Source: Ignavibacteriaceae bacterium
GTDB lineage: Bacteria > Bacteroidota > Ignavibacteria > Ignavibacteriales > Ignavibacteriaceae
Direction of reading: 5' to 3'
Length of the DNA: 49,486 nucleotides
Assembly: GCA_036722835.1 (NCBI GenBank)
Contig: DAIMIJ010000002.1
Coordinates: forward strand, 1 to 49,486
Of this stretch, positions 40,643 to 49,486 are shown in pieces (positions within the stretch are counted from its first letter, which is position 1; the number at the start of each line of letters is the position of its first letter). The notes beneath the pieces were generated by a model that saw only the letters and a program-made list of their open reading frames with translations, was not told the DNA's origin and made no database searches. The translations under genes were made by a program, and so were the position numbers.

Positions 40643-42129
40643 TATAAATTTTTAATTGCATTTTCTATATTGATAGATTTTTGAATCGTTCGTAAAGTAG
40701 TCGGTTCAGACACTCTTTCCTTACAATCAGATATGTTGCACATTTCACAAGTATTATTTATGATTCTATTAGGAATTTTCGAATCATTCCAAAACTTAAT
40801 TGTTTTTTTAAGCTGATCATCAAAATAAAATCCGAGTGCAACACTTGTAAAAATATTTGGATCGAGAATGTTTTGTTGTGCTACTGAAAAAGAAATGTAT
40901 TCATCTTCTGTCTCGTAAAATTTAGAGTGAACGATCCCGGCTTTCATCTTGCCATTGCTATCAGTTCCCTTTAATTCATCTTTAATATTTTTCAAAACAT
41001 CAATTGAAATCCAGCGGCGGCAGTAATGTTCATTAGTTTGATAACCGCCGGGGTTTTGGCTGATGTTTAAGCGGACTTCCTTTGTCAAATCAAATTTATC
41101 TGTACCGGCAAAAGTGTTGAATCGAAGAAAGAAATATTTTTTAAGGCCCCAAACATTGCCGACAAGATTTGCCAATCGTTGAAAGAACATTTCGGGAGTA
41201 GCATCATATTTATTAATAAGATTAATGATAAAATCCCCCTCCCAATTCTCTTTTGCAAAAAAAGTATTTATATCCTTTGTGAAATTTTTTTTATTCAATA
41301 TTAATGCGGTAGAAAAATATGCGGCAATGTAATTGTTCAAAAGGTGATCGAATGTATTCAACTTCAAGCTGGAATGGATATAGCTTCTTTTCGAAATGTT
41401 GAGATAGTTATAAGCCATTTCTTTCCCGATAATAAATAGTTTTTGAGATGATGAAAGCTTGGAGTTCAGAAATAAGATTGGTCGCTTTCCCGGTTTAAGA
41501 ATTCCGCGCAATTGTTTTAGCTCATCAAAATTATCTAATCTCGTTTCATCTAATAAATAGTTATGCTTCTTCTCAAGAATTTCAAAAAGCGTATTATAAT
41601 TCAACGGCGGCGCAGAAGAAATTTTATATTCATCAATAAGTTTATCAACTGACTCTTCAATATCTTCAAGATAATTATCGTGAATCTCCTTATAAATCCG
41701 CAGAGCAGTTCGACTAAAATTATTTTGACTTAACTCCGTACTTCGCGCCATATCAATAACCGTGGCAACAAGAGCACTCAGTTGATAAGAAGCATCAGAC
41801 ATAAGCGAAATAAATTTATTCAAATCAATTCCGTAATGATCAAGCGGAAGCATTTCAAGAATGTTTGAATCAATTAGCTCGGCGATCGGGGTAAGATTTT
41901 TTGTAAGCTTTAACGAAATAAGTTCATCATAGTTTACACTTAAAGCTTGAGCTAACTGAGCAATCTTTTCGGCTTTAGGATACTTTTTGCCTTTCTCAAT
42001 TTCATTTAGATAAGAAACCGAAAGCGAACTTTTTGCGGCTAATTCATTCAACGAAAGGTGTTTTTCTTGACGAAGCTGTTTGAGCTTCAGTCCCAAAATC
42101 AATTTTATGTAATTTTTCTTTTTGTCCAA
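40642..42129 (-). CDS. XRE-family transcriptional regulator, RamB/PrpR-like (short-chain fatty acyl-CoA regulator type architecture)
   Basis: N-terminal HTH (LKQLRQEKHLSLNELAAKSSLSVSYLNEIEKGKKYP). About 495 aa. Central region with a degenerate HExxH-like site (GKEMAY). C-terminal cysteines (HYCRRW, CEMCNISDC). TTG start. Divergent from fadD. Confidence 0.6.
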   Translation of the reverse strand: MDKKKNYIKLILGLKLKQLRQEKHLSLNELAAKSSLSVSYLNEIEKGKKYPKAEKIAQLAQALSVNYDELISLKLTKNLTPIAELIDSNILEMLPLDHYGIDLNKFISLMSDASYQLSALVATVIDMARSTELSQNNFSRTALRIYKEIHDNYLEDIEESVDKLIDEYKISSAPPLNYNTLFEILEKKHNYLLDETRLDNFDELKQLRGILKPGKRPILFLNSKLSSSQKLFIIGKEMAYNYLNISKRSYIHSSLKLNTFDHLLNNYIAAYFSTALILNKKNFTKDINTFFAKENWEGDFIINLINKYDATPEMFFQRLANLVGNVWGLKKYFFLRFNTFAGTDKFDLTKEVRLNISQNPGGYQTNEHYCRRWISIDVLKNIKDELKGTDSNGKMKAGIVHSKFYETEDEYISFSVAQQNILDPNIFTSVALGFYFDDQLKKTIKFWNDSKIPNRIINNTCEMCNISDCKERVSEPTTLRTIQKSINIENAIKNL

Positions 42130-42194
42130 AATCTTCTTTTTTTTGCTCGAAATATAAGAAATATTTAATTAATATTTAGCAAATTTCCATTATT

Positions 42195-42208
42195 AGCGAA
42201 ATTTCGCT
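42195..42208. promoter_or_regulatory. Perfect 14-bp palindrome, operator candidate in the regulator/fadD divergent spacer
   Basis: AGCGAAATTTCGCT is its own reverse complement. The related half-site TTAGCAAATTTC lies at 42177-42188. Confidence 0.5.
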
Positions 42209-42290
42209 TGCATTCTTTCCAATGTTGACTTATTTTGAAATAGAAAAAATTTTAATTGTTATTTATTAACAAAACAAAATTGAGGTTGCT

Positions 42291-44069
42291 ATGTCTGAAC
42301 TAAAAAGACTCTTCGATTTGATTCCCTATCAATTAAAAAATTACTCTATTAAAAATTGTGTTTCCGATAAGAAAGATGGTAATTGGAATAATTTCAGCAC
42401 GGAAGAAGTTCAATCAGTCATAGATAAATTTAGTCTTGGCTTATTGAAACTCGGAGTTAATCGCGGCGATAAGCTTGCCATCATTTCTCCCAACAGAACC
42501 GAATGGAATTTTGTTGATCTTGGAATTATGCAGACTGGCTGTGTTGATGTTCCGATTTATCCGAATATCAGTGTTCAAGAGTATGAATATATTTTTAATG
42601 ATGCTGAAGTGAAATATGCTTTCGTTGCGAATGAGGATTTGTATCAAAAAATATTTTCAATTAAACAAAAAGTAAAATCACTGATTGATATTTTTACATT
42701 CGATAAGCTTGAAGGGAAAAAACATTGGAAAGAAATTCTTGAACTTGCCGACGAATCATTGCGGGATCGTCTTAATCAAATTAAGGACAGCGTTAAGTCA
42801 GATGACTTAGCAACCATCATTTACACTTCGGGAACAACCGGAACTCAAAAAGGTGTGATGCTTTCACATAAAAATATTTTGAGCAACGTAAATTCAATTC
42901 AGCAAATTATGCCGCTTAATAACACACATCGTGCTTTGAGTTTCCTTCCAATTTGTCACATCTTCGAGCGAACAGCAGTTTATTATTATATGAAAATCGG
43001 TGCGGCAATTTATTATGCGGAAAGTATTGATAAGGTTGGTGATAATCTAAAAGAAATAAAACCAAATTACTTTACTACAGTACCAAGACTTCTCGAAAAA
43101 ATTTACGATAAAATTATGGAGAAGGGGAGAGAACTTAAACAACCGAAGCAAGCAATCTTTGGTTGGGCTGTTAATCTTGCTAATCATTATCATCCACAAG
43201 GTAAAACTAATTTATTTTACAATATAAGACTTTCAGTAGCACGTAAAATTGTTTTTTCAAAATGGCTTGAAGCGCTCGGTGGTGAAGTGAAAGGAATTAT
43301 CAGTGGAGCCGCTGCTTTGCAGCCACGTCTCGGAAGAATATTCACTGCTGCCGGAGTTAATGTTGTTGAAGGATACGGTCTAACGGAAACATCGCCGGTA
43401 ATTACGTGTAATCGGTTTGAAGATTTTTACATTGGAACAGTTGGCTATACAATTCCGGATGTTCAAATAAAAATTGCTAATGAAACCGGTGAGATATTGA
43501 CAAAAGGTCCAAATGTAATGCTTGGTTATTACAATAAACCGGAAGCAACCGAAGCAGCGATTGATAATGAAGGTTGGTTTCATACCGGTGATATCGGAGT
43601 TATGGTTAATGATAAATATTTGAAAATAACCGACAGATTAAAAGAAGTGTTTAAGTTATCCGGAGGTAAATTTGTTGCACCACTTCCAATCGAAAATAAA
43701 ATGAAAGAATCCTTGTTCATCCGAAATATTATGGTAATTGGTGAAAATCAGAAATTCTGTGCCGCGCTTGTTGTTCCCGAATTTGATTTCATAAAAAAAT
43801 GGTGCGAGAAAAAAAGTGTAAAAGATTATCTGGAAAAAGGAATGTCTTGTAGTGATGCAGTTAAAGAAAGAATCTGGAAAGAGATTCAACATTACAACAA
43901 TCGCTTTAGTCACATTGAACAAATTAAAAAATTTGAATTAGTTGATAAAGATTGGACAGTTGATTCCGGCGAATTGACCCCAACCTTAAAGCTTAAACGC
44001 AGAGTAATTTTGAAGAACAATCAGAAATTAATCGAAAAAATTTATTCAGAACCATTAACTACAAACTAA
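42291..44069 (+). CDS. fadD: Long-chain fatty acid-CoA ligase
   Basis: AMP-binding motif YTSGTTGTQKGVMLSH, then GYGLTETSP, GWFHTGD and LKLKRR. Confidence 0.92.
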   Translation: MSELKRLFDLIPYQLKNYSIKNCVSDKKDGNWNNFSTEEVQSVIDKFSLGLLKLGVNRGDKLAIISPNRTEWNFVDLGIMQTGCVDVPIYPNISVQEYEYIFNDAEVKYAFVANEDLYQKIFSIKQKVKSLIDIFTFDKLEGKKHWKEILELADESLRDRLNQIKDSVKSDDLATIIYTSGTTGTQKGVMLSHKNILSNVNSIQQIMPLNNTHRALSFLPICHIFERTAVYYYMKIGAAIYYAESIDKVGDNLKEIKPNYFTTVPRLLEKIYDKIMEKGRELKQPKQAIFGWAVNLANHYHPQGKTNLFYNIRLSVARKIVFSKWLEALGGEVKGIISGAAALQPRLGRIFTAAGVNVVEGYGLTETSPVITCNRFEDFYIGTVGYTIPDVQIKIANETGEILTKGPNVMLGYYNKPEATEAAIDNEGWFHTGDIGVMVNDKYLKITDRLKEVFKLSGGKFVAPLPIENKMKESLFIRNIMVIGENQKFCAALVVPEFDFIKKWCEKKSVKDYLEKGMSCSDAVKERIWKEIQHYNNRFSHIEQIKKFELVDKDWTVDSGELTPTLKLKRRVILKNNQKLIEKIYSEPLTTN

Positions 44070-46487
44070 ATGAAAAACATTATGAAAAGAAAAATCAATG
44101 AAATAGCTGTACTTGGTTCCGGCGTAATGGGCTCGCGCATCGCTGCTCACTTTGCAAATATTGGATGCAAAGTTTATTTGCTGGATATAGTACCAAAGGA
44201 ATTAAACGATTCCGAAAAGAAAAAGAATCTTACTTTGCAAGATACCGCTGTTCGTAACAGGATAGCAAATGATAATCTGCAAAACGTTCTAAAAGCTAAA
44301 CCTTCTCCAATCTATCGGACTGATTTTGCATCCAGAATTTCTACCGGAAATTTTGAAGACAATATGAATTGGCTTTCTAATGTTGATTGGACTATTGAAG
44401 CTGTTGTTGAAAACCTTGAAATCAAAAAGAAAGTTTTTGATAATGTTGAAAAGTTTCGAAAGCCCGGAACTTTGGTTACAACAAACACTTCTGGAATTCC
44501 AATTCATCTAATGCTTGAAGGTAGAAGTGAGGACTTCCAGCAGAATTTCTTTGGCGCTCATTTTTTTAATCCACCGCGTTATTTACAACTATTAGAAATT
44601 ATTCCAACACCAAAAACAAGTCAAGATGTTATTGATTTCTTGATGTGGTATGGCGATTTGTATCTTGGTAAAACTACTGTGCTTTGCAAAGATACACCAG
44701 CATTCATCGCAAACCGAATCGGTGTCTTCAGCATTATGGCTGTCTTCAAATTAAAAAAAGATTTGGGATTAAGTATAAAAGAAATTGATACTCTCACCGG
44801 ACCATTAACAGGTAAACCAAAATCTGCGACATTCAGAACAGCTGATGTTGTTGGAATTGATACACTGGTGAAGGTCGCAAATAATGTTTATCACGATTGC
44901 CCGAAAGATGAAGCACGTGATCTTTTTGCAATTCCGGAGTATGTGAATAAACTGGTTGCTAACAATTGGCTCGGTGATAAAACGGGACAAGGCTTCTACA
45001 AAAAATCAAAAGATGACAAGGGTGAAAAAATAATTCTTGAACTTGATACAGAAACTTTTGAGTATAAACCAAGTCCAAAATCCAATATGGCTTCTGTTAC
45101 TGCCGCAAAACCAATTGATAATTTAAAAGAAAGATTGAAAGTTTTATTCAGCGGTAAAGATAAAGCTGCAGAATTTTTACGCTCACTTAATTTTTACATC
45201 TTCCAATATTCATCGAATAGAATTCCAGAAATTTCTGATGAACTTTATAAACTTGATGATGCAATGCGCGCTGGATTTGGTTGGGAATTAGGTCCGTTTG
45301 AAACTTGGGATGCGCTTGGAGTTAAAAAAATTATTGAGCAAATGACTGCCGCTAATATTAAACCTGCTGATTGGGTTTTGAAAATGTTGGAAAGCGGATT
45401 TACTTCTTTCTATAAGTCTGAAAATGGAAAGAAAAAGTTTTATGACATCTCTTCAAATTTCTATAAAGAAATTCCTGGCAAAGGTGATTTTATTATTCTT
45501 GATAATTATCGCGCCAATGAACCGGTCTGGAAAAACTCCGGTGCAACTCTGCACGATATCGGTGATGGAATTGTTAATCTGGAATTTCAAACTAAGATGA
45601 ACTCAATCGGTTCAGAAATTTTGGAAGCAATTAACAAATCAATTGAGATTACTGAAAAGGATTTTAAAGGATTGGTGATTGGAAATGACGGGCAACATTT
45701 TTCTGCAGGCGCAAACTTAGCAATGATGTTTATGCTTGCAACCGAACAAGAGTATGATGAACTCGATATGGTTGTTCGCCAATTCCAAAATACTACAATG
45801 CACGTTCGTTATTCGAACATTCCGGTCGTAGTTGCGCCACATTCATTAGTGCTTGGCGGCGGGTGCGAAGTTTGTTTGCACGCTGATAAAGTTAATGCAT
45901 CTGCTGAAACATACATTGGCTTGGTGGAAGTTGGGGTTGGAATTATTCCAGCCGGCGGCGGAACAAAAGAGATGACACTTCGTGCCTCTGATACCTATGT
46001 TGAAGGTGGAATTGAACTTCCAGAACTTCAAAAGAGATTTATGAATATCGCAACTGCAAAAGTTTCAACCTCTGCAGAAGAAGCTTTTGGTATGGGAATT
46101 TTTAGAAAAGGTCTTGATACTTATTCAGTTAATCCCAATCGTGTAATCGCCGATGCAAAAAAACAAGCAATTCTTTTGGCGGATAGAGGTTACACAAAAC
46201 CAATTCAAAGAACCGATGTAAAAGTTTTAGGTAGAACTGCACTTGCGCCATTGTTATTGGGTATCCATTCTTTCCGATTGGGTAATTATATAACCGATCA
46301 CGATAAGAAAATTGTTGAGAAGCTTGCATACATTATGTGCGGCGGGGATCTGTCTGAAGGCAGTTTGGTTTCAGAGCAATATCTGCTCGATTTAGAGCGA
46401 GAAGTATTTTTAAGTTTAATTGGTGAAAAGAAAACTTTGGAAAGAATTCAAAGCATTCTCACAACCGGTAAACCATTAAGAAATTAA
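44070..46487 (+). CDS. fadN: Bifunctional 3-hydroxyacyl-CoA dehydrogenase / enoyl-CoA hydratase (FadN-type domain order)
   Basis: N-terminal Rossmann VLGSGVMGSRIA (HAD). C-terminal crotonase-like segment (HFSAGANLAMM, LGGGCEVCLHAD). 805 aa. Confidence 0.9.
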   Translation: MKNIMKRKINEIAVLGSGVMGSRIAAHFANIGCKVYLLDIVPKELNDSEKKKNLTLQDTAVRNRIANDNLQNVLKAKPSPIYRTDFASRISTGNFEDNMNWLSNVDWTIEAVVENLEIKKKVFDNVEKFRKPGTLVTTNTSGIPIHLMLEGRSEDFQQNFFGAHFFNPPRYLQLLEIIPTPKTSQDVIDFLMWYGDLYLGKTTVLCKDTPAFIANRIGVFSIMAVFKLKKDLGLSIKEIDTLTGPLTGKPKSATFRTADVVGIDTLVKVANNVYHDCPKDEARDLFAIPEYVNKLVANNWLGDKTGQGFYKKSKDDKGEKIILELDTETFEYKPSPKSNMASVTAAKPIDNLKERLKVLFSGKDKAAEFLRSLNFYIFQYSSNRIPEISDELYKLDDAMRAGFGWELGPFETWDALGVKKIIEQMTAANIKPADWVLKMLESGFTSFYKSENGKKKFYDISSNFYKEIPGKGDFIILDNYRANEPVWKNSGATLHDIGDGIVNLEFQTKMNSIGSEILEAINKSIEITEKDFKGLVIGNDGQHFSAGANLAMMFMLATEQEYDELDMVVRQFQNTTMHVRYSNIPVVVAPHSLVLGGGCEVCLHADKVNASAETYIGLVEVGVGIIPAGGGTKEMTLRASDTYVEGGIELPELQKRFMNIATAKVSTSAEEAFGMGIFRKGLDTYSVNPNRVIADAKKQAILLADRGYTKPIQRTDVKVLGRTALAPLLLGIHSFRLGNYITDHDKKIVEKLAYIMCGGDLSEGSLVSEQYLLDLEREVFLSLIGEKKTLERIQSILTTGKPLRN

Positions 46488-46525
46488 TTAACAATGAATT
46501 TTAAAATAAAATAAGAAGAATAATT

Positions 46526-47701
46526 ATGAGAGAAGCATATATAGTTGCCGGATTTCGTTCCGCTATTGGTAAAGCTAAAAAAGGTGGTTTTAGATTTTAC
46601 CGACCGGATGATCTTGGCGCAGAGGTAATTAAACATTTGATGAAATCTGTTCCGCAACTCGATCCTCATCGTATTGATGATGTCATTGTAGGAAACGCAT
46701 TTCCCGAAGCGGAACAAGGATTGCAGGTAGGAAGAATGATTTCACTTTTATCACTTCCGATTGAAATACCTGGCTCAACTCTAAATAGATTTTGCGCTTC
46801 AGGAATTGATACAATTGCAACCGCAGTTGCGCGTATTCAATCCGGTATGATGGATTGCATCATTGCCGGTGGTGTTGAATCAATGTCACTCATTTCAATG
46901 ACCGGCTGGAAACTTGCACCAAATTATATGATCGCAAAAACTAATCCCAATTATTATTTGGGTATGGGCTTAACTGCTGAAGAGCTTGCAAAGGATTTTA
47001 AAATTTCACGCGAAGATCAAGATTTGTTCTCGTTAAAATCCCACCAAAAAGCAGTTAACGCAATCAACAACGGATATTTCAAGGAGCAGATTGTTCCGAT
47101 AGAAGTTGAGCAAGTTTATGTTGAGGGAAACAAAAGGAAAAATAAAAAATTTATTATTGATACGGATGAAGGACCAAGAGCAGATACAACTTTAGAAGCA
47201 TTAGCAAAACTAAAACCGGTGTTTGCAGAAAAGGGAACTGTTACTGCTGGAAATTCATCTCAAACTTCTGATGGAGCTGCATTCGTGCTTGTAATGTCGG
47301 GTGAAATGGTAAAAGAGCTGAATTTAAAACCGATTGCAAGATTAGTTTCATATGCTGTTGCCGGTGTCGATCCGAGAATAATGGGAGTTGGACCGGTTGC
47401 TGCAGTTCCTAAAGCTTTAAAGAAAGCTGGAATGAATTTAAATGAAATTGATTTAATAGAGTTAAATGAAGCATTTGCAGTTCAATCATTAGCCGTTATA
47501 CGTGAATTAAAATTGAATGAAGAAATCTTGAATGTCAATGGCGGCGCTGTTGCTCTTGGTCACCCGCTTGGATGTACCGGCGCAAAACTTACCGTTCAAA
47601 TTCTTCACGAACTAAGAAGAAAAAAGAAAAAATATGGAATGGTGACAGCTTGTGTTGGTGGTGGTCAAGGTGTTGCCGGAATTTATGAGTTGCTGAATTA
47701 A
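46526..47701 (+). CDS. fadA: Acetyl-CoA C-acyltransferase (3-ketoacyl-CoA thiolase)
   Basis: NRFCASG (active-site Cys), NEAFAVQ, GHPLGCTGA and CVGGGQG. Confidence 0.95.
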   Translation: MREAYIVAGFRSAIGKAKKGGFRFYRPDDLGAEVIKHLMKSVPQLDPHRIDDVIVGNAFPEAEQGLQVGRMISLLSLPIEIPGSTLNRFCASGIDTIATAVARIQSGMMDCIIAGGVESMSLISMTGWKLAPNYMIAKTNPNYYLGMGLTAEELAKDFKISREDQDLFSLKSHQKAVNAINNGYFKEQIVPIEVEQVYVEGNKRKNKKFIIDTDEGPRADTTLEALAKLKPVFAEKGTVTAGNSSQTSDGAAFVLVMSGEMVKELNLKPIARLVSYAVAGVDPRIMGVGPVAAVPKALKKAGMNLNEIDLIELNEAFAVQSLAVIRELKLNEEILNVNGGAVALGHPLGCTGAKLTVQILHELRRKKKKYGMVTACVGGGQGVAGIYELLN

Positions 47702-47707
47702 TTTTTG

Positions 47708-47786
47708 AAGAATGCCATAGGCATTCAATTATTGTAGATAAAAAGAAAAGATAAAGACCCGATCCTCGTAGCGGATCAATAAAAAT
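47708..47786 (+). repeat. 79-nt intergenic repeat, copy B (between fadA and fadE)
   Basis: Partner of 40564-40642. Contains the perfect hairpin GAATGCC ATA GGCATTC (47710-47726) and GATCC tcgtagc GGATC (47761-47777). Confidence 0.75.
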
Positions 47787-47813
47787 TATTCTAATAAAAA
47801 AGAGGAAATCAAT

Positions 47814-49486
47814 ATGTCAAACGAAACAAAAAAAGTTCTACTCGGCGGAGAATTCTTAATTAAAGATAGTGATCCGCAAAGTGTCTTCATTCCAGAAGAA
47901 ATTAATGAAGAACAAAAAATGATGGTTGAAACTGCCGGTGAGTTTGTTAAAAATGAAATCTGGCCAAAGCTCGATGCAATTGATCATAAAGAACCGGGCT
48001 TAACAGTTTCGCTATTAGAAAAAGCCGGTGAACTTGGTTTATTAGGAACATCTATTCCTGAAGAATATGGTGGACTTGGCGGCGACTTCAACACAAACAC
48101 TTTTCTTTCTATGGCAATGGGAACGAGCTATTCGTTTGGAGTATCATTTGCTGCTCATACTGGAATTGGAACGCTTCCAATTCTTTATTATGGAAATGAC
48201 GAACAGAAGACAAAATACCTTTCCAAGCTTGCATCAGGTGAGATGAAATCCGCATATTGTTTAACTGAACCAACTTCGGGTTCTGATGCTCTTTCTGCAA
48301 AAACTACAGCTAAGCTTTCAGATGATGGAAAGTATTACATACTTAACGGTCAAAAGATGTGGATTACAAATGGCGGCTTTGCAGATATTTTAATAACGTT
48401 TGCCAAAGTTGATGGCGATAAATTTACTTGCTTTATTATTGATACCAAATCACCGGGATTTACAAGCGGACAGGAAGAAGAAAAAATTGGAATTAAAGGT
48501 TCCTCAACACGAGCTTTGTTTTTAGATAATGTAAAAGTTCCGAAAGAAAATATCCTTGGTGAAATTGGTAAAGGCCATTACATCGCATTTAACATTTTGA
48601 ATGTTGGGCGTTTTAAATTATGCGCAATGACAACAGGTGGAGCAAAAAAATTTTCATCATTATCAGTTAATTATGCTAATGAACGAAAACAATTTGGAAG
48701 ACAAATATCAAGCTTTGGAGCTATCAAGTATAAATTAGCCGAGCAAGCAATTAAAATATTTGTGGCTGAATCAGCAACAATGCGCACAAGCGGTCTATTA
48801 AATGATAAAGAACTTGAATTACTTAACAGCGGTAAAAGTTATGGTGAAGCTATGATTGGCGCTGCTGAAGAGTATGCAATCGAAGCTGCAATGCTAAAAG
48901 TTTTTGGATCAGAAGTTTTAGATTATGTAGTTGATGAAACGGTTCAGGTTTATGGTGGATACGGTTACTCGGAAGAATATCCAGCCGCACGTGGTTACCG
49001 CGATTCAAGAATCAATAGAATTTTTGAAGGGACAAATGAAATCAATCGTTTGCTTACGGTTGATATGCTAGTCAAACGTTCTATGAAAGGAAGACTTAAT
49101 TTATTGGGTCCCGCAATGGCAATTCAAAAAGAATTGATGAGTGTTCCTGAATTTGGTGAGGAACCAACTGGAGTGCTCGTAAAGGAATTACAAGCAATCA
49201 GAAATGCTAAGAAATCAATATTAATGACTGCTGGAATGGCTGTTCAAAAGTTTATGCAAAAGTTAGCTGATGAACAAGAAGTGATTATGAATCTAACTGA
49301 TATGTTGATTGAAGTTTACACTTCGGAATCTGCAATTCTTCGCACACAAAAATTAGCAGCGATGAAAAGCGAAGCTGAACTTCAACCATATATTGATATT
49401 ACAAAAGTATATGTAAGCGATTCACTCGAAAGAATTAATCTTTACGGTAAGCACGCTATTGCTTCTTTTGCGGAAGGTGATGAACT
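47814..49486 (+). CDS. fadE: Acyl-CoA dehydrogenase, long FadE type (3' end outside the window)
   Basis: Not in the ORF track because no stop codon falls within the window. ATG at 47814 after AGAGGA. My own translation gives MSNETKKVLLGGEFLIKDSDPQSVFIPEE..., YCLTEPTSGSDALSAKT, QVYGGYGYSEEYP and IFEGTNEINRL. Confidence 0.9.
   Translation, partial: MSNETKKVLLGGEFLIKDSDPQSVFIPEEINEEQKMMVETAGEFVKNEIWPKLDAIDHKEPGLTVSLLEKAGELGLLGTSIPEEYGGLGGDFNTNTFLSMAMGTSYSFGVSFAAHTGIGTLPILYYGNDEQKTKYLSKLASGEMKSAYCLTEPTSGSDALSAKTTAKLSDDGKYYILNGQKMWITNGGFADILITFAKVDGDKFTCFIIDTKSPGFTSGQEEEKIGIKGSSTRALFLDNVKVPKENILGEIGKGHYIAFNILNVGRFKLCAMTTGGAKKFSSLSVNYANERKQFGRQISSFGAIKYKLAEQAIKIFVAESATMRTSGLLNDKELELLNSGKSYGEAMIGAAEEYAIEAAMLKVFGSEVLDYVVDETVQVYGGYGYSEEYPAARGYRDSRINRIFEGTNEINRLLTVDMLVKRSMKGRLNLLGPAMAIQKELMSVPEFGEEPTGVLVKELQAIRNAKKSILMTAGMAVQKFMQKLADEQEVIMNLTDMLIEVYTSESAILRTQKLAAMKSEAELQPYIDITKVYVSDSLERINLYGKHAIASFAEGDE

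Noticed and set aside
46484-46717. 77-aa minus-strand ORF spanning the fadN/fadA junction
   Set aside because: It is antisense to the thiolase N-terminus and the fadN stop. Low-complexity, AT-driven frame.
48109-48300. 63-aa minus-strand ORF in the right-hand region
   Set aside because: It lies inside the long plus-strand acyl-CoA dehydrogenase frame (47814 to the window end). The track missed that frame only because it has no stop codon within the window.

Overview
AT-rich (about one-third G+C by eye) chromosomal segment from a Gram-negative bacterium. The gene content looks FCB-group, Ignavibacteria/Chlorobi/Bacteroidota-like: an LpxC-FabZ fusion, tandem Skp/OmpH genes, BamA, and many TTG starts with 4-nt overlaps. 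I count about 45 CDS and almost no non-coding space; the largest spacer is about 235 bp.

Gene order, left to right:
- Two small uncharacterised ORFs at the left edge.
- Envelope and lipid A cluster: uppS-bamA-skp-skp-lpxD-lpxC/fabZ-lpxA, plus a LipM/LplA-like gene.
- A secreted beta-propeller, secA, an orphan PII gene, a large TPR lipoprotein, mtgA and an AlbA_2-HTH protein.
- A minus-strand block: rlmN, a SpoU-family methylase, a small ORF and an H+-PPase.
- An acyl-CoA dehydrogenase, then a YidD-like gene with two paralogous TPR membrane proteins.
- LemA-TPM, ferredoxin, a cytidylate-kinase-like gene, an MBL-Rieske pair, queG and trxB.
- An ECF sigma/anti-sigma pair facing a small membrane protein.
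- A tightly coupled operon: era, EamA, acyP, ispF, dedA, lnt, ltaE.
- A thioesterase and an XRE-type regulator, divergent from a fadD-fadN-fadA-fadE beta-oxidation operon that is truncated at the right edge.

By eye I recognised no rRNA, tRNA, CRISPR array, transposase, integrase, phage gene or obvious defence island. The window looks mostly like core genome, so my leads are modest and I present none as a demonstrated new system. The best leads are:
1. The signal-peptide YidD-like gene with two paralogous TPR/PGAG-motif membrane proteins (23892-26087).
2. Three copies of an ECF-type promoter motif in one divergent spacer (32547-32731).
3. A 79-nt ungapped repeat present twice in the fatty-acid locus (40564-40642 and 47708-47786).
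4. A RamB/PrpR-like regulator with a perfect 14-bp palindrome in front of the fad operon.

All family assignments come from motif recognition by eye. No searches were run.
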